From Anthoceros angustus (lineage: Eukaryota; Plantae; Anthocerotophyta), in contig VJWM01000025.1 in assembly GCA_010909165.1 (NCBI GenBank), positions 1,488,001-1,552,000 of the forward strand: a DNA stretch of 64,000 nt, written 5' to 3'. The notes below the pieces were generated by a model. The model saw nothing but the letters and a program-made list of their open reading frames with translations, ran no database searches and was not told the origin of the DNA. Positions 41,457 to 53,400 of this stretch are shown in pieces. Position 1 is the stretch's first letter; each line of letters starts with the position of its first letter. The position numbers were made by a program, and so were the translations under genes.

Positions 41457-43875
41457 GGTTCCAAGCTCTATCCCGCATTGGCGTCCGCATACCCTCATGA
41501 ATGGGGGTTGCTGCGAGAAAAAGAATATCAGACCATGATCATACAAAGGCAAGGCTATGTCAACACAACTAGATTGATCATCACACTCACCTGATGGATC
41601 CATGGGAGAGTCATGAAGGAGCCTGGGTGCATGGGAGTTCTGGAAGGGTGCGTAGGTCTTTTCACCACCAAGTCCATATCTACAGGATTCCCTGCAAGGA
41701 AATGGCAGAGGGTTTATAAATACGCTTCTAACAAGAGATCCTTCCAAGCTACTGACTTGAGTCTGTCACAGGAGCACAGACCTGAAGGAGCTCGAAGCCA
41801 TCGGCGTGTCACCAATGTCTGAGAGTTGATCTCTCCGCACTGCCACACGATCAGATGCAAGCTCAGACACAACATCCTAGATAGACAGCACCTCAGAAGC
41901 CGGCAGTTCAGAGTTGTGAACAATTGTTTGGACAAACACACACAAGGAGGACACAAGGCATAACTGTACCCTCCTCCATTTGAGACTGTAGGTCAAATCG
42001 AACAGTGGTGTTTGTACATCCTTTACACGGCCTCGGTAACCTTTGGACCGCCCCAATCTTAATTTGACTGTCCTCCCCAAGTAGCCCCTCACCTCTTAGG
42101 GTGTGGCCCCCATTTCGGCCACCATAACCTCCTCCAAACCCTGCAGTCAATTTTATCTCAGCAACGTTGGTCTACCGACGAAACCCAGGAACATCACGCG
42201 TGCCTGCAGAAGGCCAGTCAAATCTAACACTTTGAGGAAGGTACCGAGATGGAGGATTTAGGTTGCTGAAGCTTGATGTGACCGCTCTCTGCAAGATAGC
42301 CCAAGAACTTCCAAAGTTGCAGACACGTTGAATTGCACGCACATATAATCCCAATGCCTATCAATTCCAACCACCGTCGTCAAACCAAAACTTCAATGTA
42401 AAGAATTAAGGTCCATACACAGACTACCAGTACTGTTTGCCCGACAGCCTCCGCATGCTGAACACACATAATAAAGGGCTTACCACTCGTTCATTCCCAC
42501 TTCTTATACCACCAAGTGCAACACACACTTGTGATCGCACACAAAAAAAGCCACCATTCTCCAAGTGGTGACGATCATATGTAAATAGGATGATGCGGTG
42601 TACGTGCTCCACCGGCTCTGGTCTACCCTGTACATCAGTTGCATCAGCTACACCAAGACTACCATTTGCTGACTGATGTCTACCAGAATTGAACATTCAC
42701 AGCTTGTACTAGACAGAAACAGTACCTTGCAGAGACCATCACGCACTCATACAATGTCCTTCACACCGACAGTTGCTTGACTGCCCAACAGAACCAAACA
42801 ATACTCGCGCATCACAGGATATTGGAGTTTTGGTAATTACTGGAATGCATGAACAATATGATCTTACTCCAGTAGAACAAGGTCATGTAGCTCATCATCC
42901 CACAAATTCGAAAGACCTGTTGTGACCTCTGAGCTCTCCACTACATCAGCTGTGAAAACTTGAAACTGTCACAGCGTTACACAAGCACTGTTGGCTCCAA
43001 GACCAAAGTCCACATGCACGCACATAAAAACCCCACTGGTCCACAGCATCACTTACATCCTCCACTGTGGTATCATTCAGAAAACCACTGGATGGTGGTT
43101 CACCTTACCACCTTTCCAGTAGATCCTAAACGAGCCCCTTTGATCACCTTTACATGATCTCCGGTCTTGAAGAATTAACGCACTTGTGACTCAGTCACCG
43201 CAATGGTTTCCTGTCACATCAACAAGTAGAGTGATATACTGTGTTAACCGATCTGCTACATCCTGCAGCTGAGTGAAACGAAAAAACAAAACTAGAGGAC
43301 ATCAATTACCTGCAGCGACAAATCCTCTGGACGGATATATACTGTGTCGTCATCAACCACCTTTTCCACATTTCCCATCAACTTCTGCAAGTCTCCTTCG
43401 ATAAGCACAACAGCATCCCCTTTCATGAGCTTGCCCCTACGCTTTGAGGACAATGCTGGTGGAAGCCCCATTGCATGTATACTGCCATCTTCTCCACATT
43501 TCTGGGGTTTCTGCACAGCAAAAGTTGGGACCACATTGGTGTCCACACTCTTCAGAGAGACCATCTTGTAGAGGCAACCATCCTTGAAAGTCATCCCATT
43601 GAAAACATGAAGGAGTTCTCCCGTCGCTACGTCACGCCTATAGTCAACAGGGATTCTCATGTTTCTGTACAGCAGCAAAGGTTTGCATGAGGTTCGTACA
43701 ACAGCTTGAACCTGCTGCACCAACGAGTGACCAAGAGACATGCAGGAAGAGAGTGGGATGGCCCACTTGAGGTCCTCAACGTTCAAGAACCGTGGAGTTG
43801 GTCTCAAAGTCTTGTTTTTGTTCCTGTCATCTCTATCACCCTGCACGTCAATTGACGGAACCCCACTTTCAGTGA
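41457..43875 (-). pseudogene. Inverted internal SPT5 fragment (KOW1 region to CTR), intron-containing, with deletions and frameshifts
   Basis: Reverse-complement exons NMRIPVDYRRD...MTFKDGCLYKMVSLKSVDTNVVPTF, GFGGGYGGRNGG and TPMRDRAWN, with SPT5-A/B-like introns retained. Confidence 0.92.
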
Positions 43876-44502
43876 AAAATGTTCATCTAATGGTCATGTA
43901 CCATGATACGTGGTACATGAGCTAGGCGCTCAGCCCCGCTTTCAGTGAGCTGTTTGAGCTCACAATAATTTGCTCGGGTCCGGACGTACCCGGTACAACC
44001 ATCCAAAACGAAAACACGAGAACCTTGTCAGCATGAGCCGTTCTGCAAAGACGTCTATGGAGGTAGCATTGCTGGCAGGATGAAACGTGAGAAGCACTTT
44101 TCGGTACAAGTTTTTCTTTGACACCACTTCACCAGCACCTCAATTGAAAGACTCCAAGGGGCAGCGCCAGTCAGCTATGTACATACCTCTAACCATATAC
44201 CTATGAACATACCTCTGACACATTGCGGACGCAGGGGACCAAGACACATTGTACACACCATTGTGATCATATTCGCTGTCTGCATGATGCGGGCCGGGCT
44301 GTTGTTGCAATCCATCAGTCCATCACGAGTCAACAGCGATTGGCTACTAGAATGTTGGAATCACAGATGTTGCATCTCCGTTTCAGGGTAATATGTGCTG
44401 GAGCTATTCCACAAAGAGGAATGAGAACTTAGCAGGGACAAGCTGTCACATGAAGTATCAACATCATCCTGCGCATTCTGTGGCTGCACACAATGGCGAG
44501 CA

Positions 44503-47500
44503 TCATTCGATTGGGGGGAGCTCGACGCGTCCGAGTCCCAGTGAAGCCAGAGGGTTTGCAACTCGTTCCGCACCTCCTTCATTTCGGGACGATCTCGGGA
44601 TCTGGGGGCCAAGCACCTGACAGCCAAAGCGGCCACACTGGCTATCGATGCCCTCCCATTCGCTGAACTGTGCGTGTCCGCCAACACAGGGTCGATCAGT
44701 TCTTGCCACTCCCCTGTCCATGGCAGACAGTGCCAGGGTCACCAAGCTAGTAGCTTCATAGCCTCCCAAAATCGATAGCAGGCTTTGAGGAGATGAGTTC
44801 CAGTAGCACAACGCCGAAGCTGTAGACATCGCTCCTGGGAGTCAGCTGGAAGCTGGAAAAATACTCTGGATCAATGTAGCCCATGGTGCCTTGTATCGCC
44901 AGTGTGGAAACATGAGTAGCTGTCTTGCTGGGAGCTAGCTTGGAGATGCCGAAATCTGCCACCTTGGCATTCAAGTCGTCGTCCAGGAGAATGTTGCAAG
45001 ACTTGATGTCTCGGTGGAAGATGGGAGGGTCGGCAGCCGAATGAAGATAGGCCAGGGCATCGGCAGTCTGTAGCGCTATGAGAAGGCGTTGCCTCCAGCT
45101 GAGGGGAGAGAATCCTTGTCTAGTCCCTTCCAGATGTTCCTTGAGTGTGCCGTTGGGGACGAACTCGAAGACGAGGAGAGCAATTTTGTTCTCCATGGAA
45201 CAGCCCAGCAGCTTCACCAAGTGTCTGTGACTCACTCCCGACAGAATCCTGACCTCATTGAGAAACTGGTACTTGTACTGGGGAGCCTTCACGCTTGCCC
45301 TTCTTGATGGCTACCGCTGTGCCATCGGCGAGCTTGCCACGGTACACTGTGCCGAAGCCGCCGGCTCCGATCTGGGGCCGAGTCCGAGAAGTTGGAGGTG
45401 GCTTTGCGGAGTTCCCCAAGGGCATCACCGTCACCGTTTGCCTCTAGCAGCGTGGCAATCAAGTCCGCATCTTGCTGGTGCTTTTGAATACACTCTCCAT
45501 CTCCAGAGGAGAACAAACAACTGGCCGCGCAAACCAATACAGCGGAAACCACTATTGCCACAACCACCCACACGTTGATACCATGGCCAGCAGGCGCAGC
45601 AGGTTGATTCCTGCAGGGCGGAAGAGGTTCGCCGCAGAGGCCCGGATTGTCGGCGAAGAAGGTGGCGTCACTGAGATCCGGACGCAGGCCACCTGGGATG
45701 GGTCCTGAGAGATTGTTGCCGGACAGATTGATGGTTATCAGGTTAGGCAATGCAAAGAAAAGCTTACCAGGTATTTCTCCTGACAGATTGTTGTGGCTAA
45801 GGTCCAAGACTTGCAGAGTGAGAGGAAAGCTGTCTGGAATGGGGCCGGACAGCTTGCTGTGGGATGCGTTGAAGTGCAGCAAGCTCGGCAGACCTGTGAA
45901 AAGCTCAGCCGGCATCGTTCCCTCCAAATTGGTGTTGCTCAGGTCCAACACGCCGAGAGTGGCGGGTAACCTTCCGGGAATGGGGCCAGATAATCTGTTG
46001 TTGGACACGTTGAGGAAGGTCAAATTGGGCATGGAAAGATAGAAAAGCTGGTCCGGCACTGTTCCGCTCAGGTTGCAAGATGCAAGATCCAAGATCTGGA
46101 AGGAGTCCAGCCTCGTTGGCGTGGAACAATTGATGCTGTCCGGCAATGGTATGCCCATGAGATCGCTACCCGCTAGATGAAGTTCCTCCAGCTGGGAAGG
46201 AGGAACAGGAAAATCGGAACAACTTCTCTCCAGCATACTCTGCAAAGGATTGGGGAACTTCTCGGAAGGTGTCATGTTGAAATCGTTGTGGCTCAAGTCC
46301 CAAACTGGCCCGACCACCAGGTTCTTGTTCGAGAGCAAGTTGGTAAGGTCCCCAGTGAATCGGTTGCCTTGCACTCGGATACTGTTGGACGAATTCAGGT
46401 TGCCGAGAACTTTGATGAAGTCACCTGACAGTTGGTTGTTTTTAAGCCACAGAACCTCAAGAAAATAGCGGCCCGAGGCGAAGGAGGAAGGAAGAGAGCC
46501 ATTCAGCTGATTGTCACTCAGATCCAGGGTAGATAACCAATATATGACTTCACTGCTGGTGTCGAAGGGAGGGTCGGCATGCTGCCAACCAGAGAATTGC
46601 TGGAGAGATTCAAATAAGACAGCCATGCATATAGCAAAGTGGCAGGAATGCTGCCATTCAGCTCATTTCCAGACAGATCCACCCATCCAACCCTCCCGCC
46701 GCGAAATCCGGAGGGATGGGGCCAGACAAGTTGTTGTGGGACAGGTCCACGTGCGGCAGGTCTGGGAACAAGGACGGATGGGGCCTTGCAGATCGTTCCA
46801 TGACAGGTCCAACACCTGAAGACTGGGAAAATTGAGGCCTGCGAAATCCGGTAACTGTCCCCCAATTTGGTTCCGGGAAAGGTTCAGCCGTTGCAGAGCA
46901 GATTGAATCTGGAAGAAGGAACTGGTGAAGTTTGTGAAGCTGTTTTGGGCTGCATCCAGGAATTGCAGACTTGGGGCAGAGGGCACCTCCCGCTCAGATT
47001 GTTGCTGGTGAGAGAGACATGGGTGAGGCGTGTTAGCCCTTCCAAATTGGGGACGCTTCCGTTCAAGAAGTTATCAGACAGATCCAGGCTCACGAGGTTG
47101 GTGAGACTGCTCAATTCCTCAGGGAAGCCTCCAACCAGTTCACTGTCAGCAAGAGACAAAACCTGCAGCTCCCACAGCCCCTCCAAGTTGTGGAGAACGC
47201 TCGTCACAGACCCATACCCGGTTGGCAAGCCCCTGTCCGCATAGAGGTAATGGAGGTTGGGACCTAGGCTGAAAGAGCCTGCGGTGACCCAACTTCCGGA
47301 AACATCCAGCCATGTCAGCCCAGTGAAAAAGGAAAGATTAGAAGACCAATTTACATACAAATCGGAATTGGACGACAGGTCCAACGCTCGGAGGCTTCCC
47401 AGACTACACAACTGGTCGAGTGGGGCGGACAGGAGCAAGCGGAGAAGTCGAGCCTGAGCACAGCGGACTGAATCACACAGCACCCGAATCCAACCACACG

Positions 47501-47755
47501 GCGTATCGTCGCTAGAGTTCCAGCTCCCGACGTCGGCCTCACACTCCCCCAGACCTCCCTGGTTTTCCTTCGCAAACTTCAACAGGACCTGTCCATCGCG
47601 GGAGAGCTCAGCACTTACGTTGTTTCCGAATCGGCATAGGAGCAAACTGCACATCATGAGTGACGCGTATATCCCCAAGCTAAGGCTGGCACCACCCCGC
47701 CAAAACTGCAATCCACAAGCCGCCCTACCCTAACCTGCATGGCAAAGGCCTTCAT
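44503..47755 (-). pseudogene. LRR-RLK copy 2 (diverged ectodomain; many frameshifts, some possibly sequencing errors)
   Basis: ORFs 46884-47711, 45289-46626, 44756-45292 and 44361-44829 reproduce the copy-1 architecture. Confidence 0.85.
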
Positions 47756-49492
47756 CACTATATGCAAATCGACACTAACAACAATTTCTCCTGCGGCGAG
47801 CAACGACACGTTGATGCCACCCCGCCCCTCACGCAGCTCCTGAAATGGGCTCCTAGCTGAGCTGTAAGTGCTGCCACTGCTGCCTCCAATGCGGCAATCT
47901 TGTCAGCGTTAGCTCCCTTGGCCTTGGCCCCATTCCGCTGTGATCGGCCCTTCGCGCATTCGAACTGCCAGCGGCTGTTGTGGGAGTCCCGGCTGAAGGT
48001 GTGGACTGTCCTTGCTGATATCTGCGCTTCGGATGCTTTTGAAAACAGACTGTAACCAAATGGCCATTCTTGTTGCAATTAGCATATCCTCAGAGTGAGC
48101 AGACAGGCTTTGCAAGTCGTAGTCGTAGGCTGAAACCCACGAAAGACGTCACCAGGAATTGATGAGGACTGTCAGATTCCGTCCATGACCACGGTCAAGC
48201 GCTTCAATCCATAAACAAAGACTGGAATGTGAGGCGCACGAAAATCGCTGCCGAAGAGAATGATTTCAAATTGAATGTGGACCCGGAGCAGTGAATTTGA
48301 AGCACACGAAGGAGCCTGGTATCAGCAGCCTGCACATGCCAGTGTCTCATGTGGCTTTCACATCCAAGACGACAAGCTCAAGTGTGCGCAGTGAGCTTGT
48401 CCTCTTCCTTCTTCCTAAAACTTTTCAACAAGTTTTCCAGTATCTTTCTACGAGCGCTTCCTTGCAGCAAGGTTGTCGTTGTTGCAGGTGCTGCGTATTT
48501 CATCTAATCCGTGTCCAATGCTTCATCTTCATATTCCCATGCTTCACGCGCACAATATATATAAGGTTTCAATGCGTGTTGCCGTGCAGCCTTTTGACTT
48601 CAGGTCATTTTCCTGCGGCTCTTGCATAATCTCTGGCACTTCCACGACATCGATCGTCCGGCTCCCTGTGTTTTCTCTACTGTAGTACGGAGTTTTTCTC
48701 CATCAGCAAATGGCGCACCAGGGACGAATGACGTCCTCCATGGTGCGCGATGATGCAGGGCAGCAGGCCTTCACGCGTTGCGTTGTCATGCTACTCGGGT
48801 GCAGGGCTGCAGGGCTGCAGGCCCCGGTCTTGACCAAGGCCTGCACCCGGCGTCAACACGGCCTGCACATGTCAGTACAGGCAAACGGCGATATGGAAGG
48901 CGCAAACAACGGCGATATGTAAGGCGCAGTGCGAGGAGACAAGTTGAGGCCAGAAAAACTAAGGGTGGATTCACACTATAACCGGTCTTGACTGACTTGC
49001 CAGTGCCGCTTCACGGCCTTGTTTTAAGCGGTGACCCGTTCGACCTTCCTTGGCATTCACAGATCACCGGTGGTATTATGAGTGGTCAGCACGAGTTTAG
49101 GATAGAGTTTACCTGTTTCATGAAAATTATTTACATTATTACCGTATCTGAGGGGCGATTCGATGTTAATTAATTAAAATTAATAAAAGTTGAAAATTCA
49201 GAAATTATTATACTTAAATATTGAATATGTAAAAATTAATGAATTTAAGATGCCAAAACCAAGGAATTAGATTTTGTGTGAAAATTAGGGTTTTTAGGGA
49301 GGTCTATACATATCCATTAGTTCTATATAGATACCTATGTATTTTAATAAATATTAAAATTTTGATAAAATTATTTTTATAAATATAGAAATTTTGAGAA
49401 ATATAAATATTTATGTTGAACCTTAGTGTTTTCAAAAATAATTATCTCGGCATCCCTGTGAACCACCCCGAGGTACAGATTCTATTTTCCCC

Positions 49493-50112
49493 GAGGGGCG
49501 CGGCGGGCGGCGCGGGCGGCGCGGAGGGGCGCGGCGCGGCGGGCGGGCGGGCGGGCGGGCGGCGCGGGCGCGGGCGGAGCGGGCGCGGGCGGGCGGCGCG
49601 GGCGCGGCCGGGCGCGGCGCGGCGCGGCGCGCGGGCGGCGCGGGCGGGCGGCGCGGCGGCGCGGGCGCGGACGCGGGCGGGCGGCGCGGCGCGGCGCGGC
49701 GCGGACGGTGGCGCGGGCGGCGCGCGGCGGGCGGCGCGGCGGGCGGCGCGGCGGGCGGCGCGGCGGGCGGCGCGGGCGGCGCGGCGCGGCGCGGCGGGAA
49801 ATACGGGCGCGGCGCGGCGGCGCGGGCGGCGCGCGGGCGCGGGCGCGGGCGCGGGCGGCGCGGCGGCGCGGGCGCGGTGCGGGCGCGGGCGCGGCGCGGA
49901 GGGGCGCGGCGCGGCGGGCGGGCGGGAGGGGCGCGGCGGGCGGGCGGCGCGGCGCGGCGCGGCGCGGCGCGGAGGGGCGCGGGCGCGGCGCGGCGGGCGG
50001 CGCGGGCGCGGCGCGGCGCGGCGGCGCGGCGGCGCGGGCGCGGCGCGGCGCGGCGCGGCGGGCGGCGCGGGCGGCGCGGGCGCGGCGCGGCGCGGCGGGC
50101 GGCGCGGCGCGG
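49493..50112. repeat. Almost pure G/C low-complexity tract (GCGCG/GGCG repeats); possibly a sequencing or consensus artefact
   Basis: ~620 nt with very few A/T bases and no stable period. Confidence 0.8.
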
Positions 50113-50119
50113 AGGGGCA

Positions 50120-50293
50120 GCAGGCCTTCACGCGTTGCGTTGTCATGCTACTCGGGTGCAGGGCTGCAGGGCTGCAGGCCTTCACGCGTTGCGTTGTCAT
50201 GCTACTCGGGTGCAGGGCTGCAGGCCTTCACGCGTTGCGTTGTCATGCTACTCGGGTGCAGGGCTGCAGGCCTTCACGCGTTGCGTTGTCATG
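50120..50293 (+). repeat. 46-bp tandem repeat (~3.6 copies) derived from 48758-48822
   Basis: GCAGGCCTTCACGCGTTGCGTTGTCATGCTACTCGGGTGCAGGGCT starts at 50120, 50174, 50220 and 50266. Confidence 0.9.
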
Positions 50294-53200
50294 TGGAATT
50301 TAATTTCACCCCGCCTTTTGGGTTGCGAGTTGCTGCGCTGGGCGCTAGTTTGGTGGGTCGGCAAAGTGGTTCTGCGGGTTGCGCCCTCTAGGCGAGCTTG
50401 GCCGGCCTTTGCCTCGCGCCACGGAGCTCACACTGTATGTCCGGTAGTGGCCGGGTCATTTGCCCCCTGGCCCCACCTCGCCTGCCGCCCGATCGCTTAT
50501 GGTTCTTTAGTACCTTCCCAATGGGCGGTCTACACCTCCGGTGATCAAGGACACGGAGTGTCCTGCCCTGCGGCTCAACTCATCATGTGTCAAGGGGTGA
50601 AACCCACATTGGGCACATGCATAAAGATTTCGACCATTACTTGGGCTGCCTGCACATTGCGACTCTCCGCCCGCAGCGTGCTCCGGCCCAAGATCGCCCA
50701 TCGTGGGGTACCTCTCTCTTCGGAATGGTTGCGGGTCACCGGATCACATACTTGGGATGTTTGAAACCCGCTTTCCATGCCCGCAAGATCTTCCGCAGCT
50801 CCCGCCACCTTCATGATGATGCCCGCTTACGCCTGCCTTCCCTTGATCGCGCCGATCCCAAGGACGAGTTAGCTTGGTGCCTCTTCTTCTCTGGTGCCTT
50901 CGGTGTTCTAGGGGTGGGGCCTGGGCACCGGAAGTTGCTAGCCGCCTCGCTGGCCGGTGATCGGGCATCCCTCCGTGAGGAGGCTTTGCGCCAAGGCTCG
51001 GGCGGAACTGCATGCCAGCTTGAACAGTCCCGGTAATGCAACCAACTGCTGCTGTAAGCCGCGCAGTGAGTATGTCACCGCTGTGGCTCTTCGACCTCCC
51101 CTAGCCCCCGCCTCGAGGAGACCATTGTTGCCCTCCGTGCCTCCATCCAGCCCCAAGGATGCCATCCCTTATATCTCGACTACGTCCCGAGGATCCTTCT
51201 CTCCGACCGCGCTTTTGCTCGCTCTCACGACCCCACGCCTTTCATCCGCCGGTTGTCGAATGGTGTTTGAACACCTGGACCTTTTCTCCTCAAGATCCAT
51301 CTAGCGGCTTCCCAGCTCTTTTCTCTCACGCGGTGGTTCCTGTGAGACGCCCACCGGATTTCCCATGTTCAGCCAGCGTGCTTGTCGCTATGGACAAGCT
51401 CGCCTGCGGGCGCCCACTGCGGCGAAGCCTTCATGCGACTACTCACGCACTATTGCCCTTCGCCGCCTTCTTCAAGACCTCAACCCCTTCAATTTGGCAT
51501 TGCACCCGGGGCCGTGAGTCCGTGGTGCTTGGAGTGAAGGCATGCCTGATACCCACCCGAGTGGGTGGTCTTACAGTTGATGTCGAGATGCCTTCAATAC
51601 CATCTCTAGGGGCGCCATCTTCGAGGAGCTTAGGGATGTCGGCGGCGCTCGGGAGCCTTATACCTTTTGTCCTTTCTACGGAGGTCCTCCAACCTCTACT
51701 ACCAAAGACAAGAACGCTCTTCGTGGATTTGCTCTGCCTTGAATCCGCCATGTACTGTGCAAGGCGACCTAGGCGGTGCTCTTCGCCATTGCTCACTATA
51801 GGGCCCTTTCTAGGCCGCTGACTGTCTCCCTTCACGCACGACTCACATCCCCTGCCCGGGGACAAAGTTAAGGAGGCCTTGAGCTCTTCTCTCATGAGCT
51901 TTCTCCGTGGGCTTGAAGGTCAAGCCGCCAAGTGCCGCGTCCGTCTCCGCTGAGATTCTACTTTGCACTACCGGGAGATTGCTCCTGGGACTGGATTCTA
52001 GGGGTCCCTCTGCCTCGACTTCATCGGAGCTTCGGACCAGCTCGCAGAGGACCTCTCCCATGTCGAGGACCTCCCTTTGCCGGAGGATGCACAGTGGCCT
52101 TTTGGAATTCTTTCCTCCTGCTTTGCTAGGCGCCCGGTTACCTCATCCAGACACGCCTCCGTCCGACACTTTTGTCCCTACAAGGGCTTTTGATAGGAAG
52201 ATTATGGATACTCTGGGACATCCTGGGCCTGGGCTTTTGAGTGCCCTATGGGCGATCCGCTCACGGGCAGCGTCCCTACCTGCAATTTGAGGCACAGTTC
52301 CGCTTCTCGCTGGAGGTCTCTTCCCGGCTTTCCGGGCGCCGCCTCGCCGCTTTTGCTTCTCGGTTCATCCTCCATGACAGGCCCTTCGGAGGATCTCGAC
52401 GTGTGGAGGAGGGAACCTTCTCTCCAAACGCCTTGAGGCAAGCTAGGACATGTTATCTGGATGCTCAAGGACTTCCTCCTTTCTCGACATTTATTATCGA
52501 TGGTTTCAGGGGTTGCATCTCGCCGAGAAGCACCGCCAGCTTTCCACCGCCTCCAGACCCTCCATCCCTGTGTCCACAAGGCGCGGCTCGCCTTGTTCGG
52601 AAGGGCGCAGTGCTTGGCTATTGGCCCGCCCATGCATACGGGTTTTCACATCGCACCAACCACCTTCACCATCGCGATGCGATTCCGTCTCTTGCCCACC
52701 GCGGGCTTCTTCGCCCTTACTTGCGAAAGCGGCTCGCCTCGATGATTCTGGGTACACCTTGCTCGTTGTCCACGGGTCATCGTGATTGCCACTCACGACG
52801 CCATCCGCGACAACATGTTCGCCATCGCCGCGAAGCGCCACATGGCATGGAGGGAGCGGATGTATACTCCGCATGTGTCGCTCAATGGGCCGACCTGCAC
52901 TTGTCCGGCTACTGTGTTTCGGCGATGTGGTGGTTACCGATCCTACACGAGACACCATCTCCGCCAGTCATCACTAACTGCCGTGTTGGCCGCCGAGCGG
53001 GGCCGCTCAAGGTCCGGTGAATATTGCGTGATGCAAGCGGCCACCTCTTTATTCCGCTTGCACTAGAAACGAGGGGTAATGGTCGAGGACTTTGACAAAT
53101 TTGTCAAGTCCTGCAAAAGCTTACCATGCACGAGACACGCGGGTCCCCTCGATTTACAAAGATACTCCGATAACGGGTTTCAATTGCCCTTCAATTCAAG

Positions 53201-53400
53201 CGCCTCAACGGCGATCCTCCACAAGGCGGCGCGAGGTGACGATCTTCCTCTATCTCCGTGGTTTGCCGCTTATTCTTCCCGATATGACATTGTGCAGAGG
53301 GTGACTTTAGGTAGGGAGCTTATTTGCTCCTCTTCACCTTGACCGGTCCTCTTTGGTTGTCCCTCATAGATGGGCTTTTTCCATCGCTTTTCACCTCAAT
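50294..53400 (+). mobile_element. Degenerate CRE-clade non-LTR retrotransposon (RT plus CCHC knuckle plus restriction-like endonuclease region)
   Basis: Frameshifted RT motifs LQFGI (~51487), E-SVVLGVKA, DV-NAFNTISR (~51579-51610), QGD-LGGALFAIAHYRAL (~51758-51805) and GLKVK. C-terminal motifs FTIAMRFRL, HLARCP, THDAIRD (~52791) and FIPLALETRG (~53048). Confidence 0.8.

Noticed and set aside
49413-50391. Long Arg/Gly/Ala/Pro-rich ORFs
   Set aside because: They are open only because a G/C-only tract cannot contain stop codons.
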